DNA of 64,000 nt from contig CAYPBJ010000005.1 of the NCBI GenBank assembly GCA_964408945.1, forward strand, positions 7,186 through 71,185, given 5' to 3'. The notes below the pieces were generated by a model, which searched no databases, was not told where the DNA came from, and worked only from the letters and a program-made list of their open reading frames with translations. The stretch's first letter is position 1; each line of letters begins with the position of its first letter. The position numbers were made by a program, and so were the translations under genes. This DNA comes from an uncultured Rhizobium sp. GTDB taxonomy: Bacteria > Bacteroidota > Bacteroidia > NS11-12g > UBA955. This document shows positions 19,256 to 30,468 of this stretch, piece after piece.

Positions 19256-20471
19256 AGCAAAAAGATTCCTTGCAAAGGAACAACAATCTAAGTCAAGAAG
19301 TGTCGTATTATTGGCAGTTTTATCAGTTTCTGCAAGTATTGTTGTGATGAATATTTCAATGGCAACCTTGTTTGGTTTCCAAAATGAAATTGAAAGAAAA
19401 GTTAAACGAATTCAGGGTGATTTTATAATTGATGCAGGAAATAACATTGAGAACGGCGAACCAAATCCCATAGAAAACAAATGGGTGAATCAATTTTTAG
19501 ATTCAAGCAAAACGCAATCATGGAGAAATCAAGTTCATCAGATTATTCCTTCTACAAGTAAGGCCTGCGTATTAAAATCACATGATGAAATTGAAGGAGT
19601 ATTAGTAAAGACAATTCCTTCTAATCAATTAGATCAATATCTAAAAGGTTTTACATCTAAACGTGCTTTTGTTAGTGACACTATTCCTTGGATAGCCATT
19701 GGCAGCGACTTAGCTAAAAAGCTAAAGTTGAAGCTAAACGATAAATTGACGGTTGTGTTTTTTGTAAGTGATCAAAACGATACTAGACCAAGAGCTAGGA
19801 AATTGATGGTTAAATGCATATTTGAAACAGGTATAGATAAGATTGATCAGGAAATTGCTTTTATAAATCCCAAAATGGTGGATCCATTTATTGATGCCAA
19901 TTTTAAGTATACTCAAGTTGAAATTTGGTTGAAACCCAATCAAGAGTCATATCAAGCACGTAAAAACATCTTAAGTATCCTGCCTGCAGGAGATTTAAGA
20001 TTGAACACATTACAAGAATTCAATAGGGTTATCTTTGATTGGTTGGCAATTTTGGAAACCAATGTAATTATAATTTTAACCTTAATGGCCTTGGTGGCAA
20101 TTGCCACAATGAGCACCACTCTTTTAGTTTTGGTTATTGAGAAAACCAGTTTCGTGGGACTAATGCGTTCTATGGGGGCCAGAAACAATGCTATTCGGAT
20201 GGTTTTTGTTTATGAATCACTGATTATTGCCGTAGCAGGATTATTATTGGGCAATTGCCTATCTGCAATTATCATAACGCTTCAAAATCAATATCATTGG
20301 ATCAGTCTAGATCAAAGTGTTTATTTTATTAAATATGTTTACATGGAACTTAGCCCATGGCATTATTTATGGGTGAATCTAGGTGCCTTATTTGTGATTT
20401 TTCTAAGTTTGTTTGTTCCTTCTAGATACGTTTCGAAAATCAACACCATCAAAGCCATTCAATTTAAATAA
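19236..20471 (+). CDS. FtsX/LolE-like ABC transporter permease
   Basis: The N-terminus WLIAKRFL plus a first TM is typical of LolC/E. It has a large periplasmic loop and a C-terminal FtsX domain with three TMs. The start is trimmed to Met37 of the track ORF. No ATPase gene is adjacent. Confidence 0.75.
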   Translation: MNWKWLIAKRFLAKEQQSKSRSVVLLAVLSVSASIVVMNISMATLFGFQNEIERKVKRIQGDFIIDAGNNIENGEPNPIENKWVNQFLDSSKTQSWRNQVHQIIPSTSKACVLKSHDEIEGVLVKTIPSNQLDQYLKGFTSKRAFVSDTIPWIAIGSDLAKKLKLKLNDKLTVVFFVSDQNDTRPRARKLMVKCIFETGIDKIDQEIAFINPKMVDPFIDANFKYTQVEIWLKPNQESYQARKNILSILPAGDLRLNTLQEFNRVIFDWLAILETNVIIILTLMALVAIATMSTTLLVLVIEKTSFVGLMRSMGARNNAIRMVFVYESLIIAVAGLLLGNCLSAIIITLQNQYHWISLDQSVYFIKYVYMELSPWHYLWVNLGALFVIFLSLFVPSRYVSKINTIKAIQFK

Positions 20472-20473
20472 AA

Positions 20474-20501
20474 AGCCGCACTCCTTTACAGAAATGCGGC
20501 T
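20474..20501. terminator. Bidirectional hairpin terminator between the permease gene and gyrB
   Basis: Hairpin agccgca / tgcggct flanked by an A-run and a T-run, between convergent genes. Confidence 0.6.
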
Positions 20502-20530
20502 CTTTAAATGCCTCTTTTTAAGTGAGGATA

Positions 20531-22507
<1,977 letters not shown>

Positions 22508-22620
22508 TTATATTGTTAATTCCGTAAAATTACGAAATACATAAGGGTTGTGGAGCGAATACGATGCTTACTTTTCCACAAAAAAGTGGCTAATTATGAG
22601 CATTTCTGACAAGAAAGAGT

Positions 22621-24081
22621 CTAAAATAAACCTTGATTGATGAGACCAGTGATTCGTAGATATTCAATCAATGAATCAAAGTACTTTGATTTTTGTTCTA
22701 AGGTCTTAATTCGAGCGGTTAAGTATCTGTTTTCACGGGTATTCAGAAGGAATATAGTTCCATCTCCGGAATTGAATTTTTCTAATTCCAACTCATACAA
22801 TGTTTGATAACCTTGCTCAATTTCTTTCAACTGGTAGAAAACAGATCTATAAATAGTTGTTTGATTTTGCATTGCCTCAATTTTGGTTTGCAATTCATGC
22901 GCCTTGAATTTAAAACCCATTTGAGATCGCGTCAGTTCAATTTTTGACATTTGATAGTTTCCGCGGGCTTCTCTCAGAAAAAGAGGGCTAGATACTCCAA
23001 TACCAAATCGCTGATTCCCCGAACTTAACGCAAAGTTCCAATCACCACCTGCTAATGATTGATACTTCAAATTTGCATACGGCAAAAGGTATTGCCTTTT
23101 AAGTTTCACATCTAACGACTTTTTATCCAACTCAAATAAATACCAACTCAGATCAGGTATTTCGGTAAAGTTTTTGTTAAAGCTAAAATCCGTTTTAAAT
23201 AGGCTATCTAAATAGTCTAACCCCGTTTGTGTAGGTACCGTTTTTGGATCGATAATCAAGGGTCGCAAATAAGCCCCCTCATCGTTGATTTCATCTACAG
23301 CCCATAAATGTCTGCTTAATTTAAGTCGTGCTTTATTGGTATTTGCAAACCATAAGTCGGCATTGGCTTTAAACATTTGATATTGGATATGATTTTCTAG
23401 GGTATCCATTCCATTGCAGCCACCGGCTTGAAATAAACTTCGTAATGCTCTTTGTCTATTTTCTGCTAAAGTAACACCGGTTTGATATGCCCTTAATTGC
23501 TCATAGGAAATCAACCAATCAATATAATCTGTCCAAATTTGTTGCGCTAAATTTAATATTTCTATTTGTCTTTCGAGAACAGACTGCTCTTTCCCAAGTT
23601 TTGCTTTATTTAACTCTGTTCTTCTTAAATCAGTTAATAATCCACGAAGTAAGGGTACCTCAACTCCCACGTATTGCAATTGTTTAGACAGTGTTTGGCT
23701 TTCGGGGGATAAGAAATCGCCCTGTCCTCGTTCATTACCTACAACTATATTTAATGGTCCTCGAACAGGAACTAAAAGTTCGTAATTTTCTCCCAAGTAG
23801 TAGTTCTTTGACAGAAGGTCTTTTCCTCTTCTGTCGCCACTAATTTGGGGGTCAAATGCCCCGCGTTTTGCTCTGAGATTTGCACGTCCTAAGTCATCGG
23901 CTAATTCAGCTGAAATCAATAAAGGGTGCCCATTTTTTATTTGAGCACTCAAATCGATAAAAGTTAACTCCTGAATTCCAGAATCAATAGTCGTTTGTCC
24001 ATTGGTTGAATTCAAGCCCAAAAGCAAAAATCCAAATGTAAAAGTTCGAATTAATTGATAAATTCTACTTTGATTTCGCAT
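22621..24081 (-). CDS. TolC-family outer-membrane efflux protein
   Basis: About 486 aa from Met30 (MRNQSRIYQLIRTFTFGFLLLGL signal). Its repeated coiled-coil/beta architecture is typical of OEP family proteins. The start overlaps the HlyD stop by 17 nt. Confidence 0.75.
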   Translation of the reverse strand: MRNQSRIYQLIRTFTFGFLLLGLNSTNGQTTIDSGIQELTFIDLSAQIKNGHPLLISAELADDLGRANLRAKRGAFDPQISGDRRGKDLLSKNYYLGENYELLVPVRGPLNIVVGNERGQGDFLSPESQTLSKQLQYVGVEVPLLRGLLTDLRRTELNKAKLGKEQSVLERQIEILNLAQQIWTDYIDWLISYEQLRAYQTGVTLAENRQRALRSLFQAGGCNGMDTLENHIQYQMFKANADLWFANTNKARLKLSRHLWAVDEINDEGAYLRPLIIDPKTVPTQTGLDYLDSLFKTDFSFNKNFTEIPDLSWYLFELDKKSLDVKLKRQYLLPYANLKYQSLAGGDWNFALSSGNQRFGIGVSSPLFLREARGNYQMSKIELTRSQMGFKFKAHELQTKIEAMQNQTTIYRSVFYQLKEIEQGYQTLYELELEKFNSGDGTIFLLNTRENRYLTARIKTLEQKSKYFDSLIEYLRITGLINQGLF

Positions 24082-25375
24082 TTTCAGAAGGGTCTTTTCT
24101 GTTGTTGTGATAATAATCAGGCGGGAATCCGTTAAGTTGACGCCAAAGTTCATACCAAACAGGCACACGCTTTAATAGCATAAATGACATAGACCCCACA
24201 CCAATTTTCAATTCTTTTGGCCAAGGTTTTTTGCCCTCGTCAGCTTTAACCAAGACGCGGTAATATCCTTTTTCGTTCAAAACATTATCAACCGCATAAA
24301 TCTTACCTGGGAACGTTCCATAGGTCATCTCAGGCCATCCTGAAAACACCATTGTGGGCCAGCCATCAAAAATTACTTGTACAGGTGACCCAATTTCAAT
24401 TAATGGCATATCTACCGGTTTGATGAAAAGTTCAACCGCTAAATTGACATTTGAAGGAACAATGGTACAAATAGATTGCCCTTCTTTAACTGTAATTCCA
24501 ACTCCGTTAGACAAGGTTTGAGAAATCATTCCATCTTGTGGAGCACGAATTACATAAAATCCATTTCTGATTAAATAGTTAGAATATTGGTTGCGTAACT
24601 TAGCAATTTCACTCTCAGTTTCCATTTGAGATGATATGGCTGTGTAGCGATCACTTTCAGTTTTAGCTAACTTTTCGCCATATTCTACTTTAATGTTTTG
24701 CAACTCAATTCTTGCATTTTCAATGGCATTACGAGCAATATCTAACTTCGCCTTGTGAATTTGAAGTTTGGCATTTGCTTCTTGATATTTGACACGTCTA
24801 TTTTCTATGTCAAGCGGACTTTTTATTTGTTTTTGTCCCAAAATTGAGTCACGAACCAACTGTTGGAGTGCAATTTTTGCATTGACTTCTGCCGCTTTTA
24901 ATTCAGCCATTTCTGATTGAAATTTGAACTGCTCTTGTTCAAATTTCACCTTAGCTTTTTGGATAGAAAAGTCTCTATTAGCCTCTAGCTGAGTAATTTG
25001 ATTGTTTATTGCATCAATCTTCGATGAGTAACTCAATACCGAATTTTCTTTGGCTTGTATTTGTGCTGATGTTTGTCCAATTAATCCAGGATCCAAGTAC
25101 TCACTTTTCACCTCCCCAATAACACAGATAGTATCACCTTCTTTTACCAAATCGCCATCTTTAACGTACCACTTGATGATTTGTCCAGCAATAACCGGTT
25201 GAACTGATTGGGGCCTTTCATTTGGCCTCAAGGTAGTAACAACACCGTCAGATTGAATGTTTTGCGTCCATGGTAGGAATAAAAACGCTACAAAACCAAT
25301 CGTTAAAATAAGAATAATTTTTTGAAGACGTTTGCCTGCCCACGGGCTGTCTGAGTAAAAGTCTCTGTTAACCAT
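24065..25375 (-). CDS. HlyD-family membrane fusion (periplasmic adaptor) protein
   Basis: 436 aa with an N-terminal TM, a biotinyl-lipoyl-like hairpin (VKDGDLVKEGDTICVIG), a long coiled coil and a beta-barrel domain. Its start overlaps the upstream ABC membrane-domain gene by 8 nt. Confidence 0.85.
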   Translation of the reverse strand: MVNRDFYSDSPWAGKRLQKIILILTIGFVAFLFLPWTQNIQSDGVVTTLRPNERPQSVQPVIAGQIIKWYVKDGDLVKEGDTICVIGEVKSEYLDPGLIGQTSAQIQAKENSVLSYSSKIDAINNQITQLEANRDFSIQKAKVKFEQEQFKFQSEMAELKAAEVNAKIALQQLVRDSILGQKQIKSPLDIENRRVKYQEANAKLQIHKAKLDIARNAIENARIELQNIKVEYGEKLAKTESDRYTAISSQMETESEIAKLRNQYSNYLIRNGFYVIRAPQDGMISQTLSNGVGITVKEGQSICTIVPSNVNLAVELFIKPVDMPLIEIGSPVQVIFDGWPTMVFSGWPEMTYGTFPGKIYAVDNVLNEKGYYRVLVKADEGKKPWPKELKIGVGSMSFMLLKRVPVWYELWRQLNGFPPDYYHNNRKDPSENAKSK

Positions 25376-26330
25376 CTATTTCCATTATTTGGTTTAACTT
25401 TTCAATTGCAATTCCGCAATCATACAAATTTTCAACGGTGAGAATCAACTTTTCAATGGCATCTAAAAGCGTAATTATCAGGATTTCAGCTGCTAAAAAT
25501 TGGCCTAAGCTGATGCTTTGATTTACAAGTAAATAACTTCCTAAAATCAACATCATCGCTGTAAATAAAACCTTAGTTAAAATACCAAGCCAAGCCTGTC
25601 TATAGAGAATTCCAAAATGCTGGGTTCTGCTTTCTGCATAATTGTTTAAATGGCCATTGATTTCTTCAATGTTCAGATCTGTATCTTCCTCGGCAAATAA
25701 TCTTCTTAACGATTCAGCAGTTAGAAATTTAAAGTTGGATTCTCTTCTTGCCGTTTCAAACCCTCTTTTCCAAGTTAAGCGTAAAACAATGAAGACAATA
25801 ATTAATACCACAATACCAAAAAGAATAAAAATGGGGTGGTACAAAGACAATAGCAATAATCCAAAAATTGCCTGAAGCAATTTTCCTGTAAAATCAGTGA
25901 GTAATTTTGATAAACTTTTTTGTAAAGTGATAACATCAATAAAATATGAGGTTTTCATTTTTACATACCAACCGTATTTTATTCCCGTTTGACGGAGTTC
26001 AGAGATTTTGTCTCTGAAAATTTCGCCAAACCTTAAAAATAATTTTCTCTCTACACTATCAATTATACTCAATTGAGCCAGTTTAGTAACACCTGCTAGT
26101 AAAACACACAATGTAATTACTAACGACAACAAGAACCAACTGGTAGATAATCTTCCTGCCATGACAAATCCAATGATGGTTTGAATTCCCAAAGGAATTG
26201 CCAAGCTTATTACCCCTGAAAATACTGCATAAACATAGAGAAATTTTACATTCCTTTTCTCATAACTCAAAAGAGCCAAAATGTTTTTGATAGGAGTATC
26301 TTGAGTGAAAGAATTTTTTGCAATACTCAT
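25368..26330 (-). CDS. ABC exporter transmembrane domain protein lacking a nucleotide-binding domain
   Basis: 320 aa with a six-TM type-I ABC exporter layout. It ends (IAIEKLNQIMEIDG) at the linker where a Walker A domain normally begins. No Walker A/B or LSGGQ motif is present. Confidence 0.7.
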   Translation of the reverse strand: MSIAKNSFTQDTPIKNILALLSYEKRNVKFLYVYAVFSGVISLAIPLGIQTIIGFVMAGRLSTSWFLLSLVITLCVLLAGVTKLAQLSIIDSVERKLFLRFGEIFRDKISELRQTGIKYGWYVKMKTSYFIDVITLQKSLSKLLTDFTGKLLQAIFGLLLLSLYHPIFILFGIVVLIIVFIVLRLTWKRGFETARRESNFKFLTAESLRRLFAEEDTDLNIEEINGHLNNYAESRTQHFGILYRQAWLGILTKVLFTAMMLILGSYLLVNQSISLGQFLAAEILIITLLDAIEKLILTVENLYDCGIAIEKLNQIMEIDG

Positions 26331-26374
26331 GTTTTTTTTAGTAAGTACTTGGAAGCAAAAATACGAGGAAAATC

Positions 26375-27802
26375 TTATTTACCACGACCTTGTATCATGA
26401 TAAGGAATGTATTGAATAAGATTTTAAGATCTAGGGCAAGCGACATGTTTTCCAAATAGAATATGTCAAACTTCATTCTGTCTACCATCTGAGTAACATC
26501 TTCAGCATAACCGTATTTTATTTGTCCCCAACTCGTGATACCTGGTTTGACGCGATGAAGTCGTTTGTAAATGGGTGATATGTTAACGATTTGGTCAATA
26601 AAAAACTGTCTTTCAGGCCTTGGTCCAACCAAACTCATTTGTCCTAAAAGCACGTTTACAAATTGTGGAAGTTCATCCAACCGGGTTTTTCGGAGAAATA
26701 TTCCTACGCTTGTTCTTCGGTCATCTAAGTCATTACTTAATTGTGGTCCAAGCTTCTCAGCATCGACGAACATGCTTCTAAATTTGATGATTTTAAACGG
26801 AATACCCTTATGACCTATTCTATCTTGACGGAAAAACACCGGACCCTTAGAATTCATTCTAATGGCAATCCCTATAAATAGAAATAATGGCGAAATAATG
26901 ACCAAAGCCAATGCTGAAAAGGCGATGTCAATGAATCGTTTTAGGAATTTTTGCCAATAAGGCATTACTTCGAAGTCAACTTCCGCAAGAGATGCTCCAA
27001 GAATATTGTTCATTTTTACCATTCCCAAGACCATAGCATATTCATTGGGTAACATTTTAATATGAACTGATTGATTTTCTATTTTATCAATTATTCTAGG
27101 TACCATCTCTGATTCATCAGATTCATTAGCGATGATAATATCCTCTATTTTAAATTTCTGAATTAAATAAATCAGTTCCTCCCAAGTGCCTAGAATTGAC
27201 CTTCGAGAGTGATTCATGAAATCGGTAGGATTAGAATGCGGCTTGATACTTACAAAGCCAATGACATTAAAGCCCTCATAGACTTTGGCATGCTCAATTT
27301 CGCCCCAAAGGTTTAATGCTGTATTACCAGTTCCAACAACAAGCGTTTTGTACCCCCATTCTCTTTTTCTAAACTTATTAATGGTATAGGTTGCGTTCAT
27401 CAACCTAAAAATCAAGGTCGAGAAAAAATGAAAGCCAAATAGTACCCCTAAGCTAGTATAATAGTCTGTGTATTTAGAAACGCTATCATCTAGGATTAAC
27501 ACGAAAAACAAGAACAACACCCCCACAACACTAGTTGCGATAGTATTTTCTAACTCTTTTAATCTTGATCTTCTTAAGATGAACTGATAGTAACCTGTCA
27601 TTGCATATAGAAATAACCAAAAAATGGGAATTAGAATCAATCCTAAATATAACTTAGGATCTTGATTTATAGGAATAGTATAACCGTGTTTGGAGGCTTC
27701 TATAAAGTTCTTACGAAAGAGAAAAAGGGCCAACCAAGACAAACTTGCGGCTACCCAATCAAAAAAAAGGTGTGATATTAAACGGATATTCTCCTTTTTC
27801 AC
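26375..27802 (-). CDS. Polyprenyl glycosylphosphotransferase (WbaP-type initiating sugar transferase)
   Basis: 475 aa with an N-terminal multi-TM region and a central Rossmann-like segment. The C-terminal bacterial sugar transferase domain carries RPERQFF, GITSWGQI and MKFDIFYLENMSLALDLKI. Confidence 0.88.
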   Translation of the reverse strand: MKKENIRLISHLFFDWVAASLSWLALFLFRKNFIEASKHGYTIPINQDPKLYLGLILIPIFWLFLYAMTGYYQFILRRSRLKELENTIATSVVGVLFLFFVLILDDSVSKYTDYYTSLGVLFGFHFFSTLIFRLMNATYTINKFRKREWGYKTLVVGTGNTALNLWGEIEHAKVYEGFNVIGFVSIKPHSNPTDFMNHSRRSILGTWEELIYLIQKFKIEDIIIANESDESEMVPRIIDKIENQSVHIKMLPNEYAMVLGMVKMNNILGASLAEVDFEVMPYWQKFLKRFIDIAFSALALVIISPLFLFIGIAIRMNSKGPVFFRQDRIGHKGIPFKIIKFRSMFVDAEKLGPQLSNDLDDRRTSVGIFLRKTRLDELPQFVNVLLGQMSLVGPRPERQFFIDQIVNISPIYKRLHRVKPGITSWGQIKYGYAEDVTQMVDRMKFDIFYLENMSLALDLKILFNTFLIMIQGRGK

Positions 27803-28695
27803 TTCAAATAGGTTAAACGGATATTATCGATTAATATTTCACGATTTCCAGAAAATCCTGCTGGTTTATCAATGGAAAAATAGATTTCGTATTTGGTATC
27901 TAAAGGTTGTCCTTGGACTTCGTAAATAAGATTAGAGTATATTCTCTTCCAGTTACCTTTTGTAGGATTGACAGACATGTACTGGACATAGGCGCTTCCA
28001 GCAGAATTATATCTTTTGAGAGCCAGAGTAACTACCAAATCACTTTTGACGTCAAATTCCATAAATACTTCTCGTCCGTCATTTGGCAATGATTGTATTT
28101 TATCAAAAATTGCCAAATCAATTAATTTCAGTGAGTCATTCGGACCGAATTTAGTAACAAAAACGTTTGAATTCCCGGAGAATTTTCCATTAAGATCAAA
28201 ACTTCTAGACTGAATAGAGGTGGTATCTCCTTTGTTCAAACGAGCCGGTACTAAGGTAGAATTTCCTGATTCGAAGTCTTCTTGCCAAGAAACTTCGGTA
28301 TTGCTTCTGTAGGTGAATTTTGGTGAGAATGTGGTACTTTTTTCTCTCGTTAAAATCACTTGGGTATCTAAATAAACCAATGTTCTGTAGGGTACCCAAT
28401 TTGAAGAATTACCATTGTTTTTGACAAATGCCACAAACTGCATTTTTGTAATGCCTTCAGCATTAATTGGGATTTTACATGGTACAGGAAAAGTGCCCAA
28501 AGACTGACCGTTGTGTACGGGTTGAATACCTATAATTTCATGGATAGAATTGCCTTCAATGCTAGAAGCATCCACTTCAATATTGGTTATTTCCAAATAA
28601 GAAGGCACAAAAGAGTCATCTGATTTGCAACGTGCAAGAATGCTTATCCCAAGAAATAAAAACAAAGTTTTTGCCAAATACCTGAAAATTGACAT
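27799..28695 (-). CDS. Hypothetical lipoprotein
   Basis: 298 aa with lipobox ILARC. Its stop overlaps the sugar transferase start by 4 nt (ATGA). I recognise no family. Confidence 0.5.
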   Translation of the reverse strand: MSIFRYLAKTLFLFLGISILARCKSDDSFVPSYLEITNIEVDASSIEGNSIHEIIGIQPVHNGQSLGTFPVPCKIPINAEGITKMQFVAFVKNNGNSSNWVPYRTLVYLDTQVILTREKSTTFSPKFTYRSNTEVSWQEDFESGNSTLVPARLNKGDTTSIQSRSFDLNGKFSGNSNVFVTKFGPNDSLKLIDLAIFDKIQSLPNDGREVFMEFDVKSDLVVTLALKRYNSAGSAYVQYMSVNPTKGNWKRIYSNLIYEVQGQPLDTKYEIYFSIDKPAGFSGNREILIDNIRLTYLK

Positions 28696-28736
28696 TGGGC
28701 AAAGTTACGATTAACCGAGTTGAATAAAAAGTGTGC

Positions 28737-29723
28737 CTAAACCGTTTGATATCTCCGTTTAACTTTCTCGCAAATCCATTCGCTTAGATCAGAAACCAAC
28801 TGTAAATTCTGCAAATTGGTCAGCGGAGTGAGTCTTTTATCAATGTTCTCGATAAAATTTCGCAATTCCATTCTTTTAGAATGGTAAGGCATAATGGGTC
28901 TATCAAGGGTAATGAATTCAGCTTCTGATTGGATTTCATTTTCATTCCAAACCGAGTCATTTAAACCATAATCTAACTTCAATTGATCTAAATTATTGTT
29001 GTATCTCGATTCAGACAATTGATTTTCAGCAAAATTGATGTCAAACAATTTGTCTTGCTGATATACCTTTAATAAGTGTTTGCCTTCATCTATGGCTCTT
29101 CCCATTGAAATTTGACAAATAGAATCATTGTCAAACTCTATGTGTATGTTAAGGAGGTCTGTTTGTTCTCCAAACAAGAACATAGGTCGGGCGTTTACGC
29201 TTCTTACGCCACAATTCATGAGTCTAAGAATAATGTCTAAGTCTTCAGAGAGATTCTTGAAAATCCAAGATTCAAATTGACCTTTAACAGGGGCTTTGCT
29301 AAATTTTTCTAGTTTAATAAAACGAGGTTTTTTGATGAATTGTTGAGCAGTAGTAAAAATGGGTCTACCGTAGAGGGTATTTCCAAATTGAAGTATAGTT
29401 TGACTTTCGTTTCTAAGTTTTTCTAGGGTATTGATTTCATGTGTTGACCATTGTCTGAAACCGTCTACAAAAATGTGTTTTCCGTAGCGAATCATTTGAC
29501 TAAGCACTTCAATATCAACACTATCTACTTGATTTCCAATAATGAAAAGATCACCTTTATCAATGATTTCCAACAGTTGAATTAAATCACCCATAAGATT
29601 GTAGTTGTTGGAATCGTCAGGATCAAGATACCCTTGAATTTGAATACCATCAATAGAATTTAATTCTTGGAGGTATTCTTCTATGGCTTTACTTGAACCT
29701 AAAATGATGCTTCGTTTCATCAA
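28737..29723 (-). CDS. Hypothetical protein (possibly a degenerate Gfo/Idh/MocA-like Rossmann protein)
   Basis: 328 aa. The N-terminal beta-alpha-beta-like IILGSSKAIEEY lacks a clean GxGxxG. The assignment is weak. Confidence 0.4.
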   Translation of the reverse strand: MMKRSIILGSSKAIEEYLQELNSIDGIQIQGYLDPDDSNNYNLMGDLIQLLEIIDKGDLFIIGNQVDSVDIEVLSQMIRYGKHIFVDGFRQWSTHEINTLEKLRNESQTILQFGNTLYGRPIFTTAQQFIKKPRFIKLEKFSKAPVKGQFESWIFKNLSEDLDIILRLMNCGVRSVNARPMFLFGEQTDLLNIHIEFDNDSICQISMGRAIDEGKHLLKVYQQDKLFDINFAENQLSESRYNNNLDQLKLDYGLNDSVWNENEIQSEAEFITLDRPIMPYHSKRMELRNFIENIDKRLTPLTNLQNLQLVSDLSEWICEKVKRRYQTV

Positions 29724-29760
29724 GTTTTAAAATTGTTTTCGTCATGCAAAAATTGAGGTT

Positions 29761-29768
29761 TAACTTTG
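29761..29768 (+). promoter_or_regulatory. Candidate -7 promoter element (TAACTTTG) for pcm
   Basis: An exact TAnnTTTG match 43 nt upstream of the ATG at 29812. The -33 element is weak. Confidence 0.3.
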
Positions 29769-29811
29769 TGTTCCCAAATTGCGTTTCACACAATCATTAC
29801 AGGCGTACAAT

Positions 29812-30462
29812 ATGTTAGACCTCCCAGTACATAAAGGAAGAAGATTAAAGCTAATCAACGAGTTGGAGCACAAAGGCATCCAAAATAAAGCCGTACTCGA
29901 GGCCATGAAGCGCGTTCCAAGACATTGGTACTTCCCCAAAGACTTTGAAAATCTAGCCTATAGAGATGCTGCTTTTCCGATTGGGCATGATCAAACCATA
30001 TCTCAACCTTACACGGTTGCTTTTCAAACTCAGCTGATTGATGTTGAAGTTGATAGTAGAGTTTTAGAAATTGGAACTGGATCGGGATATCAAGCTGCGG
30101 TCTTGGCAGAATTGGGTGTTCAGTTATTTTCTATTGAATACGTCAAGCCTCTGTTACAAGAGGCAGCTAGATTGTTGGTTTCCTACAGAGACAAAATAAA
30201 ACTCATTCACGGCGATGGAAGCAAAGGATATTCAAAATATGCCCCGTACGATGCCATAATAGTGACCGCTGGTGCTCCTACAATTCCCCAAGAACTCATG
30301 AAGCAACTGAAAATAGGAGGGAGATTGGTTATACCTGTAGGAACCGAAAGAAATAGTCAGGAAATGTTTCGCATAACCCGCAACTCAGAAACGCATTTTA
30401 AACGTGAAAAGTTTGGTGATTTTAAATTTGTACCTCTGGTTGGCGAAGATGGTTGGCTCTAA
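29812..30462 (+). CDS. pcm: Protein-L-isoaspartate O-methyltransferase
   Basis: It shows the QTISQPYTVA motif, the SAM-binding VLEIGTGSGYQAAVLA, and IVTAGAP...L..GGRLVIPVG. The start is trimmed to the first ATG (the track start is TTG). Confidence 0.9.
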   Translation: MLDLPVHKGRRLKLINELEHKGIQNKAVLEAMKRVPRHWYFPKDFENLAYRDAAFPIGHDQTISQPYTVAFQTQLIDVEVDSRVLEIGTGSGYQAAVLAELGVQLFSIEYVKPLLQEAARLLVSYRDKIKLIHGDGSKGYSKYAPYDAIIVTAGAPTIPQELMKQLKIGGRLVIPVGTERNSQEMFRITRNSETHFKREKFGDFKFVPLVGEDGWL

Positions 30463-30468
30463 AGTGAA

